From NCBI GenBank assembly GCA_028534125.1, contig CM052816.1, forward strand, positions 79,548,001 through 79,612,000: a stretch of 64,000 nucleotides of DNA. The letters run 5' to 3'. This document shows, piece after piece, positions 52,048 to 64,000 of the stretch. The position numbers were made by a program, and so were the translations under genes. Source of the DNA: Lama glama. Lineage: Eukaryota. Position 1 is the first letter of the stretch. Each line of letters opens with the position of its first letter. The notes beneath the pieces are model-generated. The model did not search any database. It saw only the letters and a list, made by a program, of their open reading frames with translations, and had not been told where the DNA came from.

Positions 52048-52124
52048 TATAAGGTCACATTCTGAAGTAATAAGGTTAGAATTTCAACATGTCCTCTTGG
52101 GGGACACAGTTCAGCTGGTAACAC
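52048..52124 (-). mobile_element. MLT1A/B LTR end truncated by the gap
   Basis: Reads 'aaggtcacattctgaagta...ttcaacatgtcctcttgggggacacagttc'. Confidence 0.75.
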
Positions 52125-52196
52125 ACTAGCTTATACTGAAGGTTGTTGGCACTGTCACCTTTTTAATCTGGGTTACCCAATCAGAGGGAAACAAGA

Positions 52197-52401
52197 TAGG
52201 GTTACCTGATTTAGGGAAAAAGTTAAATTAAAATTTAAATTTAAATTGCAGTTAAATTTGAGTTGCAGATCAATGATGCGGAATTTTTTAGTGTAAGTGT
52301 GTCTCAAATATTTTGAGATTTACTTATGTTGAAAAAATGTATTGTTTGTTTATATGAAATTCATATTAACTGGATGTCCTATATTTTATCTGGCAACTGT
52401 T
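52197..52401. mobile_element. MER53 palindromic hAT MITE
   Basis: Termini 'tagggttacctgattt' and 'ttttatctggcaact'. Internal arms 'cagttaaatttgagttgcagat' and 'atatgaaattcatattaactg' flank a central hairpin. Confidence 0.8.
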
Positions 52402-55400
52402 GTGAGTCTTCCTTCTTCTGGTAGTTTTTGGTTTCCATTCCACTCCATCAAGATACCAGAAGCGATGGCTATGCTGCGAAGAACACTGCACTAGGAGTCC
52501 TGCGCCTAGAATTCCATACTCGGTGCACTCTAGGTGTTTGACTAGTCCATAAGACTCAGGTTTTTTTTTTTTTTCAGTTAAAATAGAAGTATGAATGTCT
52601 TTCCCTCCTATCTTAAATTATTATTGTGATGCTCAAACAAGATGAATGAAGCGAAAATACTTCCAAAATATGCAAGTACTATCATAGTAGAAAGTTGCTT
52701 GTATAGCTTCGAATTTAGGAGCTTGAAGTTCTGCCTCATTCCTTGCTTTGTAAACCAATTCAGATCAGCAGATAGAGTGTGGGTGCCTCCTTCCCCTCCC
52801 TTTAGTAAATGAAGGGCCTCCTTCAAGAACCGTTGCCGTAGCTTCGGTTGTTGACAGTGAAGGACTAAAGAATTGGAATGTGAAATGTTGGTTATAACAG
52901 TGACCTCCTGAGTCGACGACCAGGATATGTTGCTTTCAGACCTCTGCCCAGAAACATGAAAATGTTTTCCCATGAGCACTTTAATACATCTCTTTCTCCA
53001 GAGATAGAGTTCGTGTTTGTGTAACTGTAGGGAAGAAATCACTTTTTAAATTCAGAGAGAATCTCATCAAAAAAAAAAAAAAAAGGAGAAAGAGGGAGGA
53101 AAAAAAAGACCCTAAGATGATGAGTATTGAGATCATAGACTTTCATGAACAATATGCAGCCAGTTCCAGAGAAAATTTTCAAATAAGAACTGGAATAATT
53201 ACCCACAGTTGCTGAATAAACACTCAATGTGTTTGCTATCAAAATGAAAATCCATCATTTCTACTTTGACTCTAAGGGCCCGTAATTAATAGGCTTGGCA
53301 GCTGTTTTAAATCCACACACCTAAGGAGAAAAATTATATGCTTTATCCAGTAAGGAGATTGTGGTTTGTATTTTAAATTTGGTCTGTAAGGGATTTTTTT
53401 TTAACCAGTAAGTGAAAGATTTTTCTTCACTTATTTGAAGCCAAGTGCTCTTGTTTACAAAAGTATAATGAATTTCAGTATGAAATTCAGTACTGCAATG
53501 AATTTTCATGATAGTAGATTGCTATAACTTGTGTAGCGTTTCAACGTATTTACCATTCTACTTTCCTCAAATGTGCTATAATTAGTACAGAAGTATATTA
53601 TATAAGTGCATTGATGTCATACATTACTTCATTTGGACATTTAAGTGGGTAACTGTCAAGCATTAAATCAAATCAACTAAATTTTGTTTGTTCTTATGAA
53701 TCATTTTCTTTTACAACTATCTTCTGCTTCTGTGAGACCACTGTATACCACTAACAACATGCGTGGTCTTTACTTGTGGTCCGTGCAAAGAGCAAATTCT
53801 GTGAAATTGTCAAGGAGAACAGTGTTAAAATATTCATGTTGTCTAGAAGAGCAAACACTTCTTGTTTTAACTGGAACTTTCATTTGTAAGTAAGATTTTC
53901 CTCTTTAATCTCCTGTTTGATTTAAAACATGTCCTCAAGACATTAGTAATGTATAATAGTCAGTGACTTTCTGATAACCAGTGACTGCGTTTTTCCCCAA
54001 AGTGCACATCACTGGAGATGAGCACAGCATAAGGGATGGGGACTTGTCTGTCAGCCTTGCTCAAAGGATTTGGGAGCTAGAAAAAAACAGGCCTGTACAG
54101 TTCCAGCCATCCCGCTGTGGGCATAGAGAGTCCCAGGAGGAAAAATGGCAAGAATGGGATGACGTCTGCTGAGCAGACCCACTGTGCAGACACATCCACT
54201 GGTAGGCCTGACAAATGCCCATCATCTGATGAACTCCAAGGAGCCTATGCACAAGCCACGGGTTTCAGTGGTTGATTGGTGGATGCTGTGGATGATCCTG
54301 AGTTGTCCTTCAGAGTAAACTGAATCTGGATATCCCTCAATTTGGGAATATCTAGAGATTTTTAAGGTTTAAAAAAGCATTTTTCTTTTTTTTTTTTTTT
54401 GAGATTTGCAAGTCTTTTGGCAGATGAGCGTATATTGGGCCATAACAGGACTAAGCTTTAGGACTAAGCAAAGATTGTTTACTACTAGATTAAACTAGCT
54501 TTCTAGAAGTGAGTCACTAGTATCTATTTCCACTTTGCCATAATTCCCCTTATTAATTATTTCCTGCCTTTGGAAAGTTACAATACAATAAAGTACAATA
54601 GAACAAAGCTTAAAAAAACACTCACATTAGGTATCTCAAATCTCTTATCTCCATTTTAATAACTGAGGGACATATGTCTCAAAGAGATGGAATGATTTTC
54701 CCAGAGACCTACAATGAAGGTCTTCCCTAAAGTACCACGTGTCAGTTATTCCCTCATTGAAAACTATTAATGAGAACCTACTAAGTGCCATGCAATACAG
54801 TAGGTGCTGGGATCAATTTGTAATCAATTGAGAAATAAGACCTACCTGTCCCCACCCTCCTAGAGCCCACAGTTTGTGAAGGGAAAGAGTTAAGTGAACA
54901 AAGGCAACACTGCATAATGCGTGCTTTCCTAGGTGAGGGGGGCCTACGTTGCTGCTGAGAGGTTATTGAAGTCAAAGGAAAGGTGGAGCCCAAATTCCAA
55001 CAGGAAGTCTGGTTCCAGTCCACGTAGACATCCACCTATTATCACCAATCACAACCTTCCTGAAGAAGAAATTAGGATATGTGGTTGGTAAAACAACCCA
55101 GAGTTTTGTCCAGTGAGGCAGAAAGGGCTAGATTAATGATTGATTGAAAATAAAATCTATTGTAATTTTCAAACTGAATTGCTTTCAAAACTGAAATAGA
55201 TCCCACAAGAAACTAACAAAGTTAAGCTTCTATGACCAGGGCACAGATATGATTTTAATGTTCTGACTGGCCCATGGTTGCATCAAAGGACTTGGCTGCC
55301 AAGTTTATTTCTGTTCTATAGTAAGCAAGGTTTTTATCGTCTGTAAATCAATCAGGAGGGTAAAAATCACCAAATGATATCATTATGACCACAGAGTACC

Positions 55401-58400
55401 TAATCGATGCAGCAATTGAGTCTTGTTGTTGGAAACACACCTAAACTTCAACCATACTAAAATTTTCCCCCTAAAAGACTGGTCCAGGGCCAAGCTTCTC
55501 ACAGCACGTAGAATGATGTATCTCCTCACTTCTTTCTAGTTTCTCTTGAGTTTCATTTTTACGATGTTTTTTTTAAACTTCCATTCAGGCACATTTAACA
55601 AACTTCCCATTCCAGTTGGTTATAATGTTTTAATATCAGATAAAACCATTTATTCTTTGATTTGATGGCTTATTTTTTTATAGATACTAATTAGGAATCT
55701 AAAATATGGCTAGCAATTGAGAGTTCAAGTCAGGTGGCAAAAGTGTTTCAGCAAGAGGAGCACCATTTTGCTTGTTTCGTTTTGCAGTTTGGAAAAGGAA
55801 ATTACATTGCTTTTGAAAATAAATGTTATGAAATTGTAAACCATACCATTCCTATTCTAGTCCTCAACTGAAACCATCTTTGCGGCAGTCAGTGTGTACA
55901 AAGTCCTCTCTTTCATCACCCTCAAACAATCTGCATAGAACATTTATCTCATTTCCGACTACATTTAGGATGGCAAACTAGGACTAGCAAAAATAAAATT
56001 ACTGTGAACTATATTATTTAACTAAATGTATTCAACATGTGCTTTAGCTGTTTGTATTCTTTTTTTCTCCCATAAACCCCAAATCATAAAGTTCTTCTTT
56101 TAATGGCAATCTAATTGTATATTAAAGATGTACTGAATCTTATGAAAATTTTTTGTTAATGTTTGTTACCTCATCAGTTCTTAGGATAACTGACAATCAG
56201 CCTCTCTCTCCATTATGACAAATATCTGAAGTGACTCTATGATTCCTTTATATATAATATTTTTTAACTAAAAATATCATTACTCAATTTGATTATTTCC
56301 TTCTTACCAAATTTTGCTCTAAATGTCTTTTGTTTTTTTCAAAGATTTACAATTTGGAGTTTTTTTCCTCCCAAGATGTATACTTTTAAGGACTTTAAAA
56401 ATAAATACTCTAAAAACCAAAAATTTCAAAAGATGACTAAAATTGATGTTTACAATAGTGACAATGTTGAATAAAGTACATAGCTCTAATCATACAATTA
56501 TTATAAAATACAGCATTGGGGGTATATAATGTGAATTTTTAAAATAATATCTTAAAAGCATATGCCTTCACTTTTTCATCCAGGAGGTGACCTCTTGGAA
56601 GAGCAGCTTGTCCCTGATTCTATCAGGTCTACAAGAGAGGTAAACACGGAGGGAGCATCCAAAGTCAAGTGCAGAGCTGAGTGACAGAGATAGTAAGAGT
56701 TTGTTTAAAGAGCACAGGATAAAAATAAAACCTCAGTCAGAACAAGAGAAAGAGAAGAAAACAAATGGAATGATAATAAGGGAAAAAATAACTACCCTCC
56801 AGGAAGTGCTTATTAGACATCAGTATTCTTCTGGAATGTTTGTATATTTCAACTCATTTAATCATCATACCAACCTATAAAAATCAGAAAACTCGTCTGG
56901 TTTAAGCTGCAAATGGAGATGTTGAAACACAAAGAAGGAAGTGAGAACTCAGAGACACCACCAAAAAGCAAAGGTAAAAGCATGTGAGGAAATGAACAGA
57001 GAGAAGTGAGGGGCAGAGGGAGGATGACAGAAAGGAGGTGAGTGACAGGAAATGACTGAAAATAAGAAAGTCAGAGTTCATCCCTCAGAAATGGAGAGGG
57101 AAACCTCAAGAAGACTGAGTAGTTACAGCACAACTTTCAGGCAAAGGAGCAGGTGTCTCTTTATTTCATTGAATTATGTTATGAGCTCTCTTCCTGTCCC
57201 CTCCCATGTGCCAGGCCCTGCTCTCTGTCCCCAGGACGCCCGTGGACAGTGGTGAGCTTGACCCCTGTCGCCATTGTGCAGGCCTTGTGCTCTCTGGCAC
57301 TGAGATTTGGAGAGGGGAGGGACACAGGCCACGAACATCCAGTGCTGTTAGGGGTTAGGAGGCTGGACATTTCAGCCCATCAGAAATGTTCGTTCCTACC
57401 TCCCAGCCCAAATCCTTTCTGACCTCCTGTCCTGAAAGAGTTGCAGTTAATTGGCAAATTTAATACATTTTATTGAGTAGGAAGACAGCAGAGGAGGAAA
57501 CAAGCAGAAGACTTAAAAGACCTCAGTTTTAGCCTCAGTTCTAAAGTCTGGGTGGCCTTGGGCAAGTTCATTCATCCTCTCTGGTCCTTCATTTGCTTCT
57601 GTCAAACTCTAGACATTGGAACAGACATCGTCTGAGGCCCATTCAGCTCTAATGTGCTAGATTTTGACTTAATGGATGGAAGCCTACGTTTAACAAACAC
57701 AAATTGTCATTATTGATTTGTTTGATAAGGAAATTCCAGGTTTTCAATCCAGACCAGGTTGGTCTGAATTCTGAAGGGATCAACTCAGGCAGTGAGATGA
57801 GGAGACTACTCACTCCAAACAGGTGATTTCCAAGCAGGGACAGACAGCCTGGCTGGGTCATCTCAGCCACCATCAGCTTAGTTACAAAGGACAGACTCTC
57901 CCTGTGGTCAGATGTGCCCGTATCAACACATTGCCACAATTAGCCATGGCAGAACCATTTCTCTTAACTAAGTCTGTGAGCTGAAGCCTAATTAGACAGA
58001 GGCAGTTGCTTGGAAAAACAATTGAAAAAGTCATGCCCCAATACCATCTTGTCACTGCAGGAAGCTTTAATCAGCAGAACTTGAAAAATAAGGGAAATGG
58101 TCTCCTCAAGGCTGTGTTGCCTTCACAAAGAGCCAAGTTTCTCTTCTGGGATGACCTCTTGCTGAGGGGCTTTGATGAGAAAGCCGTTCTCTCAATGCAG
58201 CTTTGAGAAATATGAGCCGTTAGGTTTCTTTCTCCTACAGTTGGGAGGAAGCAAAAAAAGAATCAAAACGTTTTTGTTCAACACAGCAGCTGGAGGATGC
58301 CTAGAAAATATCCAAACTGTATGTTAATAAACAGAACCCAAATGTCCCAGTTATTTCTACATCCTTCCTTCAATTCAACAGGCCTTCCTCTTATTTTTAG

Positions 58401-59924
58401 GGGTTTTCCGAGCTACCAATCTACTGACCTCAGTTATTTCTGGTACATTAGTGCTCCTGAAAAATTCAAAATTGTCCCCTTCATGGTTCGGTGCTTAAAA
58501 TTCTGAATCTAAAGCGATACGACCAGCCCCAGCCTGGGGCTTTCCAGGAATGGCCTAGAGAGACTGTCAGGTGAATTCTCAGTTCCTCCTATCCGGCCAT
58601 ACCAATGCCTCTCTTGCCCTTGGTAAGTTTTCTGACGTAGTCATTGTTTTGAGCTGTGGTTATAAAAGTTTCAACTTGAAGCTAATTCTGTAGCAAGTAA
58701 GAAAGTGAAATCACTGCTCTTGGGGCAAAGTGGTGATTGATGAGTCACCTGCCCTCCTCTGAAAAGCAACTCAGTGGTTTAGTTCATGGTCCTCCTGGTG
58801 GTTCCATGGAACCAAGGGAGCCTAGCTCTTCCAACTTCTGCCTCCATTCTTCATTTGGTCAACTGAAGATCGAAGCATCTTTTTGGCCCCCAAACTGACA
58901 GAAGCGTTTGATTTGGGATATTGAACACGTTTCCAATGAAAGGTTTTCATTCAGCAGCTGCCACTGCCAAGTACAGGGTAGTTTCCTCAGAAAGTATATG
59001 AAAACTAAAGAAAGTGGAGGGGCTTATGCAAATTCTCAGCAAGGCTGAGAAAGAAAGATCAAAAGAAAGATGCCCTGAGGGCTAGAGTAGAACTCAGGTC
59101 TGGTTTGATAGCCTGTAATCACCTGTATATCACATCCAGACTCTGACTTGAAAAATCTACCATGTTGAAACAGAAGAAGTCCCTAAAGAAGAGCAGATGT
59201 GGATGTCCAGGCATCTTACTAGATGCATCCAAGACAATGTGGAGGAAGCCAGAAGATCAGGAAGTATGTCCCCATGAACCAGCGATAAGAGACAATACAA
59301 GGTAAACTACCCGGCTGAGTCCTTCACACCTCCATTTGCGTTTCTGTTTCTTTCATTTTTGTTTGTTTTTTTTTTTAAATAATTGATTGTTTGGAACTTA
59401 TAGCCACCTAGTTTTCCAGCACTTGAAATTATGAGAAGGGTGCCAGACACTTGCAAATCCATTCACACTGAGAGCAAGACCACATCTTCTGGTTTGTACA
59501 GTTCACTGTCTTCCCCATAGTGTGTGAATTTTCAGAAAGAGATCTGTGGGCTACATAATAAGCAATCTTTTCAACCCATGAGGCTACTGAAGTATTCAAG
59601 TACCCAATCCTCAAGGGAACTGCAAAGCCATAGTCTTAGACTTAAAAGGGAAAATTGTGTAACATCTCCCTTCTGTGTAACACCAACATTTACTGGTATG
59701 ACTATTTCTTACACATCTTTCCTATGAGGTAGAGGAACAGAATGATAACATTTACACATCTATTGGTTTAGGTACAGGGAAATTTTCAATCCATGAGTAT
59801 GTTCATTGGGAGTATGAAAACAAAATAAAAATTTGACTTAGTTTCTTTAAGTCACAGTACTGTCACCAAGTATTTTGGACCACCTCACATCTATTAAAAT
59901 CGAGTTTGCTTCTCTGGATCACAC

Positions 59925-60470
59925 CCTTTCTGGAGGCCAGTCTCCAACATGGCCCCCATGATCCTCGCATCCTGGTATTCATGTCCACTTCCGTGTCTTA
60001 TTGGGGTTGGTTTTACTATGTTGGTCTACCAGTGGGGTATGGCAAGGGCAAGGGAATATTATTTCTGAGGACGGGTCATAAAAGACCTCGTGACTGCAGC
60101 CTCACACACTTCCTGTGGGATTGCTCACTCTGGGAGAAGCTCATTTGTGAAGACACTCAAACTTTGTTATGCAGAAGCCTATTTGTGAAGAGCTACGGAG
60201 CCCAACAGCCAGTGAGGAACTGAGGAGTCCCGCCAACAGCCGAACCTATAGGAATGAGGTTGGAAGTAAATCCTCTCACCCAGTCGAGGCTTTGGATGAC
60301 TGCGGCCTTGGCCAATATCTCAGTCACAATCTCAGGAGAGACCTTGAACCAGAACCAACCAACCAGTGGAGCTTGTCCCTAACACATGACTCATAGCAGC
60401 ATAAGATCGTAAGTATGTATCGTTTTCAGCCAGTAGGTTTTGGGGAAATGTTATGCAGCAATAGATAAAC
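59925..60470 (+). mobile_element. MaLR LTR, MLT1F-like
   Basis: Reads 'atggcccccatgatcctcgcatcctggtattcatg...ccaacagccagtgaggaactgagg...gttatgcagcaatagataa'. Confidence 0.85.
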
Positions 60471-61689
60471 TCTCTCTCTCTTTTCTGGTCTTAAATGACT
60501 TAAGGTTGATGCTTTATCATTTATTTCCCTAAACCTGTCTACTCCAAAGTAACTTCTTATGTCTTTTTAAAGTACAAGTTCAAAATGTCTTTAACCAACT
60601 CAAGTAAAATATAAGATCTCACTCCAAGAATATATTGAAAAAGACCTCAGTCTTGTTAGTTATAGAGATTGTCCCACAAGGCTTTTCTTTGAGGATTAAG
60701 TCACATGCACACACAATTATGTGGCTAACTCATTAATTTTGTTAATATAACTCTTATCAAGATGCTAAACTGAGGTTGAGATAAAAAGAAAAGACAGTGG
60801 ACATCACTTTACGTGTATCATCTGCTAAAATGAAATCACCTCAAGACATTCCCCTTAATGCTTTAATTATTTGAAGTAGGAAAACCTCTGAAATTTCTCC
60901 TCCACAGATTATTTGTGCCTAAAATAATTAAGTGTCTGAAGCATTTTCGAATGCCAGTTTTCTCCTTATCTAAGAGACAAACACGGAGCATGACTCACTC
61001 CCTGCCACGTCTCCCTGATAAATCCTCACTGCAGCTAAATAAACTGACTCTCAGAAAAGGTTTTGTGGTTGAAAATCTACTCATGAATCTTGCAATATTT
61101 TCCAAACATGCTGGCAACACCAGGCTCTCACTGACTTAAGATATCCTAAGATGAGAAGCCTGGCCCCAGGCCTCTGATTTTTAATCCTCTGAGCTGTGTT
61201 TTAGCTTGAAATCCTCTACTCAACCAAGACAGATTCACCACCTCTACAGCCAAAGCACCTCTTACCCAGAGGCCAATAATTCGAGGAGTGGCCCAGTGGA
61301 ATCTTTCTGTGATTCTAGACTGTTTACTGAAAAGAAAATTGGATATCTGTAAATGATCATTGCTCGGCTTCCTTGTAACTTTGTGAAATAATTCTCCAGT
61401 GAAAACAGATGGCTGAATCACTAATAAGAAAATAAGAAGAAGAAAAAAAGCAATTTATCCCCATGCTTCTGTTTTGTTAATTAAAATTCTAGTAACCACA
61501 ATAAGTTAGGTAATTTGTGCTCCATAATGCTTCTTTATTCATGATTTTCTTCTTACCAAATGAAATAGTCAATGAGAGAAAGGCGGGAAGACTACAAATC
61601 TGAGCTGACCTATCAGCACCTCAGACGAAAAGACACATGTCCAATAGGGATTAATGACCTCCATGTACAGGGCCAGTATATACTGTGAT

Positions 61690-61813
61690 GAAAGAAAGAA
61701 AGAAAGAAAGAAAGGAAGAAGGAAGGAAGGAAGAAGGAAGGAAGGAAGGAAGGAAGGAAGGAAGGAAGGAAGGAAGGAAGAAAGAAAGGAAGAAGGAAGG
61801 AAGGAAGGAAGGA

Positions 61814-61868
<55 letters not shown>

Positions 61869-62010
61869 GAAGGAAGGAAGAAAGGAAGGAAGAAAGGAAG
61901 GAAGAAAGGAAGAAAGGGAAAGAAAGAAAGAAAGAAGGTAAGAAAGAAAGAAAAAGAAAGAAGGAAAGAGAGAAAGAAGGAAAGAGAGAAAGAAAGAAAG
62001 AGCGAAAGGG
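61690..62010 (+). repeat. Compound (GAAA)n/(GGAA)n polypurine microsatellite
   Basis: Uninterrupted purines at 61690-61938, with only two pyrimidines up to 62010. Confidence 0.98.
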
Positions 62011-62407
62011 CACTGCATATGCCCTTTTAACTTTCTCTTAGGTCTTTAATTCCAGACAACAGCCATTCATGGGTTTATTCTACAGAGCTTCAGTTATTTA
62101 AAATTTAGGTTGGTTTTTTATCTTAATTATAGGCTAGGTACTTTTTACAACTTTTTCCCTTGGACTTATTTATTCATTTTGCATACTTTATGAGCATAGG
62201 CCATCTTATTCAAGTTTTTGATAGCTTGCTCCTCAGAGAGTTAATTGCCCTAAGAGTCTCACTAATCCTAGCCCAGTGAACCCAAAGGACTCAGTCTTCA
62301 AAAATGCATGTATTAATATGAAAATCCCACCAAAGAGCCACACGTGCCGATGATAAAACCCTAGCTCTAAAATGTGCTCATATGTCATAAAACTAGACTC
62401 ATAAAAC

Positions 62408-63172
62408 TAGCACTGTCCAATAGAATCATCCAATGACAGAAATGTTCTATGTCTGCAATGTCCAGTACAGAAGCCACTAACCACATGTGATTTTTGAAGA
62501 TCTGAAATGTAGCTAATATCAGCACAATTTACAATAGCCAAGACATGGAAGCAACCTAGGTGTCCATAGACAGATGACTGGATAAAGAAGATGGGAATAT
62601 ACACAGCGGAATATTACTCAGCCATAAAAAAGAATGAAATAATGACACTTGCAGCAACATGGGTAGATCTAGAGATTATCATACTAAGTGAAGTAAGTCA
62701 GACAGAGGAAGACAAATATTATATAAAAATTATTTACATGTGGCATCTTAAAAATAGTATGAATGAACTTATTTACAAAACAGAAACAGACTTACAGACG
62801 TAGAAAACAAACTTAGAGTTACTAAAGGGGAAGGGGAGGAGGGATAAACTGGGAGTATGGGGTTAACAGATACTCATTACCATATATAAAATAGATAAAC
62901 AACAAGGATTTATTGTATAGCACAGGGGACTATATTCAATATCTTGTAATAACCTATAATGGAAAAGAATATAAAAAAAAGAGTATGGATATATACATAT
63001 ATATAACCAAATACTTTGCTGTACAACTGAAACTAACACAAAATTGTAAATCAACCAAACTTCAATTTAAAAATTAAAAAAAAGAAATGTAGCTAGTGTG
63101 GGCTAAAGAACTGAATTTGTAACTTTATGTCATTTTAATTAATTTAAATTTTCCTACCACATAGGACAGCAC
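62408..63172 (+). mobile_element. MER3 hAT-Charlie MITE split by an L1 insertion
   Basis: 'gcactgtccaatagaa...gaaatgttctatgtctgc...gaaatgtagcta' resumes after the L1 as 'gtgtgggctaaagaactgaattt...ggacagcac'. Confidence 0.85.
62516..63083 (+). mobile_element. 5'-truncated L1 (ORF2 end plus 3' UTR) with a 12-bp TSD
   Basis: Starts 'agcacaatttacaatagccaagacatggaagcaacc' and ends in an A-tail. TSD gaaatgtagcta lies at 62504-62515 and 63084-63095. Confidence 0.95.
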
Positions 63173-63585
63173 GGAAGGAGTCTCTTGAATTAGCCCATGT
63201 GGTCTTTTGAACTAGAGGAATTTCAAAGCTGAAAATGTCGCAGGGGGGCTAAATGGATAAGATTTCATTGGGCGATGTCTAGTTTTGAGTCCATAACCTG
63301 TGGGGAAAAGTGTCCCAGCTTCTATGTAAACTGGGCAAATCTACTTGAGTGGTTCTCAGCTCTGCAGCTTCCTCAAGACTTTTGAGTGATGTTTGTCTAT
63401 GTATGACTTAGAGCATCCTCTCACAGGTTCTGCAGAGGGCTGGAGAGTTCCAGAGACCTGGGCTGGTGTTGAATCACTCATTCCGGGATGTTGCTGAAAC
63501 CGTCTCTTACCCAAACCACCCTCCCCCTAGAAGGATGGCCTAGCTTCCCTCGCTTTACTAGTTATGAACTCGACACTCAAAACAC

Positions 63586-63755
63586 TTGTGAATAAGTTCA
63601 TCTGTGTCATTTTTTTAAGATTCCACATATAAATGATATCATATAATATTTGTCTTTCTCTGTCTGATTTCACTGATTATGATCATCTCTAGGTCCACCC
63701 ATGTTGCTGCAAATGGCATTACTTGACTCCTTTTTATGGTTGAGGAGTATTCCAT

Positions 63756-63786
<31 letters not shown>

Positions 63787-64000
63787 GTGTGTGTATATAT
63801 ATATATATATAAAACTTTTGTATTTAATCATCTGTCAAGGAACATTGAAGTTGCTTCCATGTCTTGGTTATTGTAAATAATGCTGCTAAGAACACTGGGT
63901 TGCATATATACAGACACAAATACATAGATATAGATGTATAATTGAGTCACTGTGCTGTACTCCAGAAACGTTGCAAATCAATTAGACTTCAATTAAAAAA
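63586..64000 (+). mobile_element. L1 with an apparent 5' inversion: inverted to about 63905, then a short forward 3' end running off the window
   Basis: Antisense ORF2 end/3' UTR ('gattccacatataaatgatatc...ttccatgtcttggttattgtaaat') is followed by sense 'gtcactgtgctgtactccagaaac...gacttcaattaaaaaa'. Confidence 0.85.

Noticed and set aside
51441..52124. ORFs of 175-227 aa
   Set aside because: They are artefacts of reading through the N gap.
58241..58622. Plus-strand acceptor/donor pair (ctcctacag ... ttg|gtaagt)
   Set aside because: It is long for an internal exon and has no through-going recognisable frame. Such pairs are expected by chance in 64 kb.
61569..62041. Four 95-149 aa ORFs rich in KERK or FLPS
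   Set aside because: They are translations of the GAAA/GGAA microsatellite, which lacks stop codons.
1..64000. A novel multi-gene system (defence, CRISPR-like or operon-type)
   Set aside because: The sequence is mammalian non-coding DNA with no credible coding genes or repeat-spacer arrays. Nothing supports such a claim.

Overview
This is AT-rich, CpG-depleted, repeat-dense mammalian DNA, intergenic or deep-intronic, with a 500-N scaffold gap at 51548-52047. A tRNA-derived SINE of the Vic-1 type and the style of the L1 3' ends point to a camelid (alpaca, llama or camel). I can support no protein-coding gene, structural RNA gene, CpG island or CRISPR-like array. The recognisable ORFs are L1 ORF2 C-terminal relics, simple-repeat translations or N-gap artefacts. 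The window is a layered transposon record: many L1 3' ends (three with 5' inversions), old L1M/L2/MIR/CR1 pieces, ERV1/ERVL/MaLR LTRs, and hAT and Tigger fossils. Family names come from my recall of consensus sequences, not from a search. I found no convincing new biological system. The best leads are a tailless 61-bp L1 5'-end insertion with a 16-bp TSD, an L1 tail with a 25-bp TSD and a CA tract, a MER53 hairpin, two CpG-retaining motif clusters, and candidate minus-strand exons.
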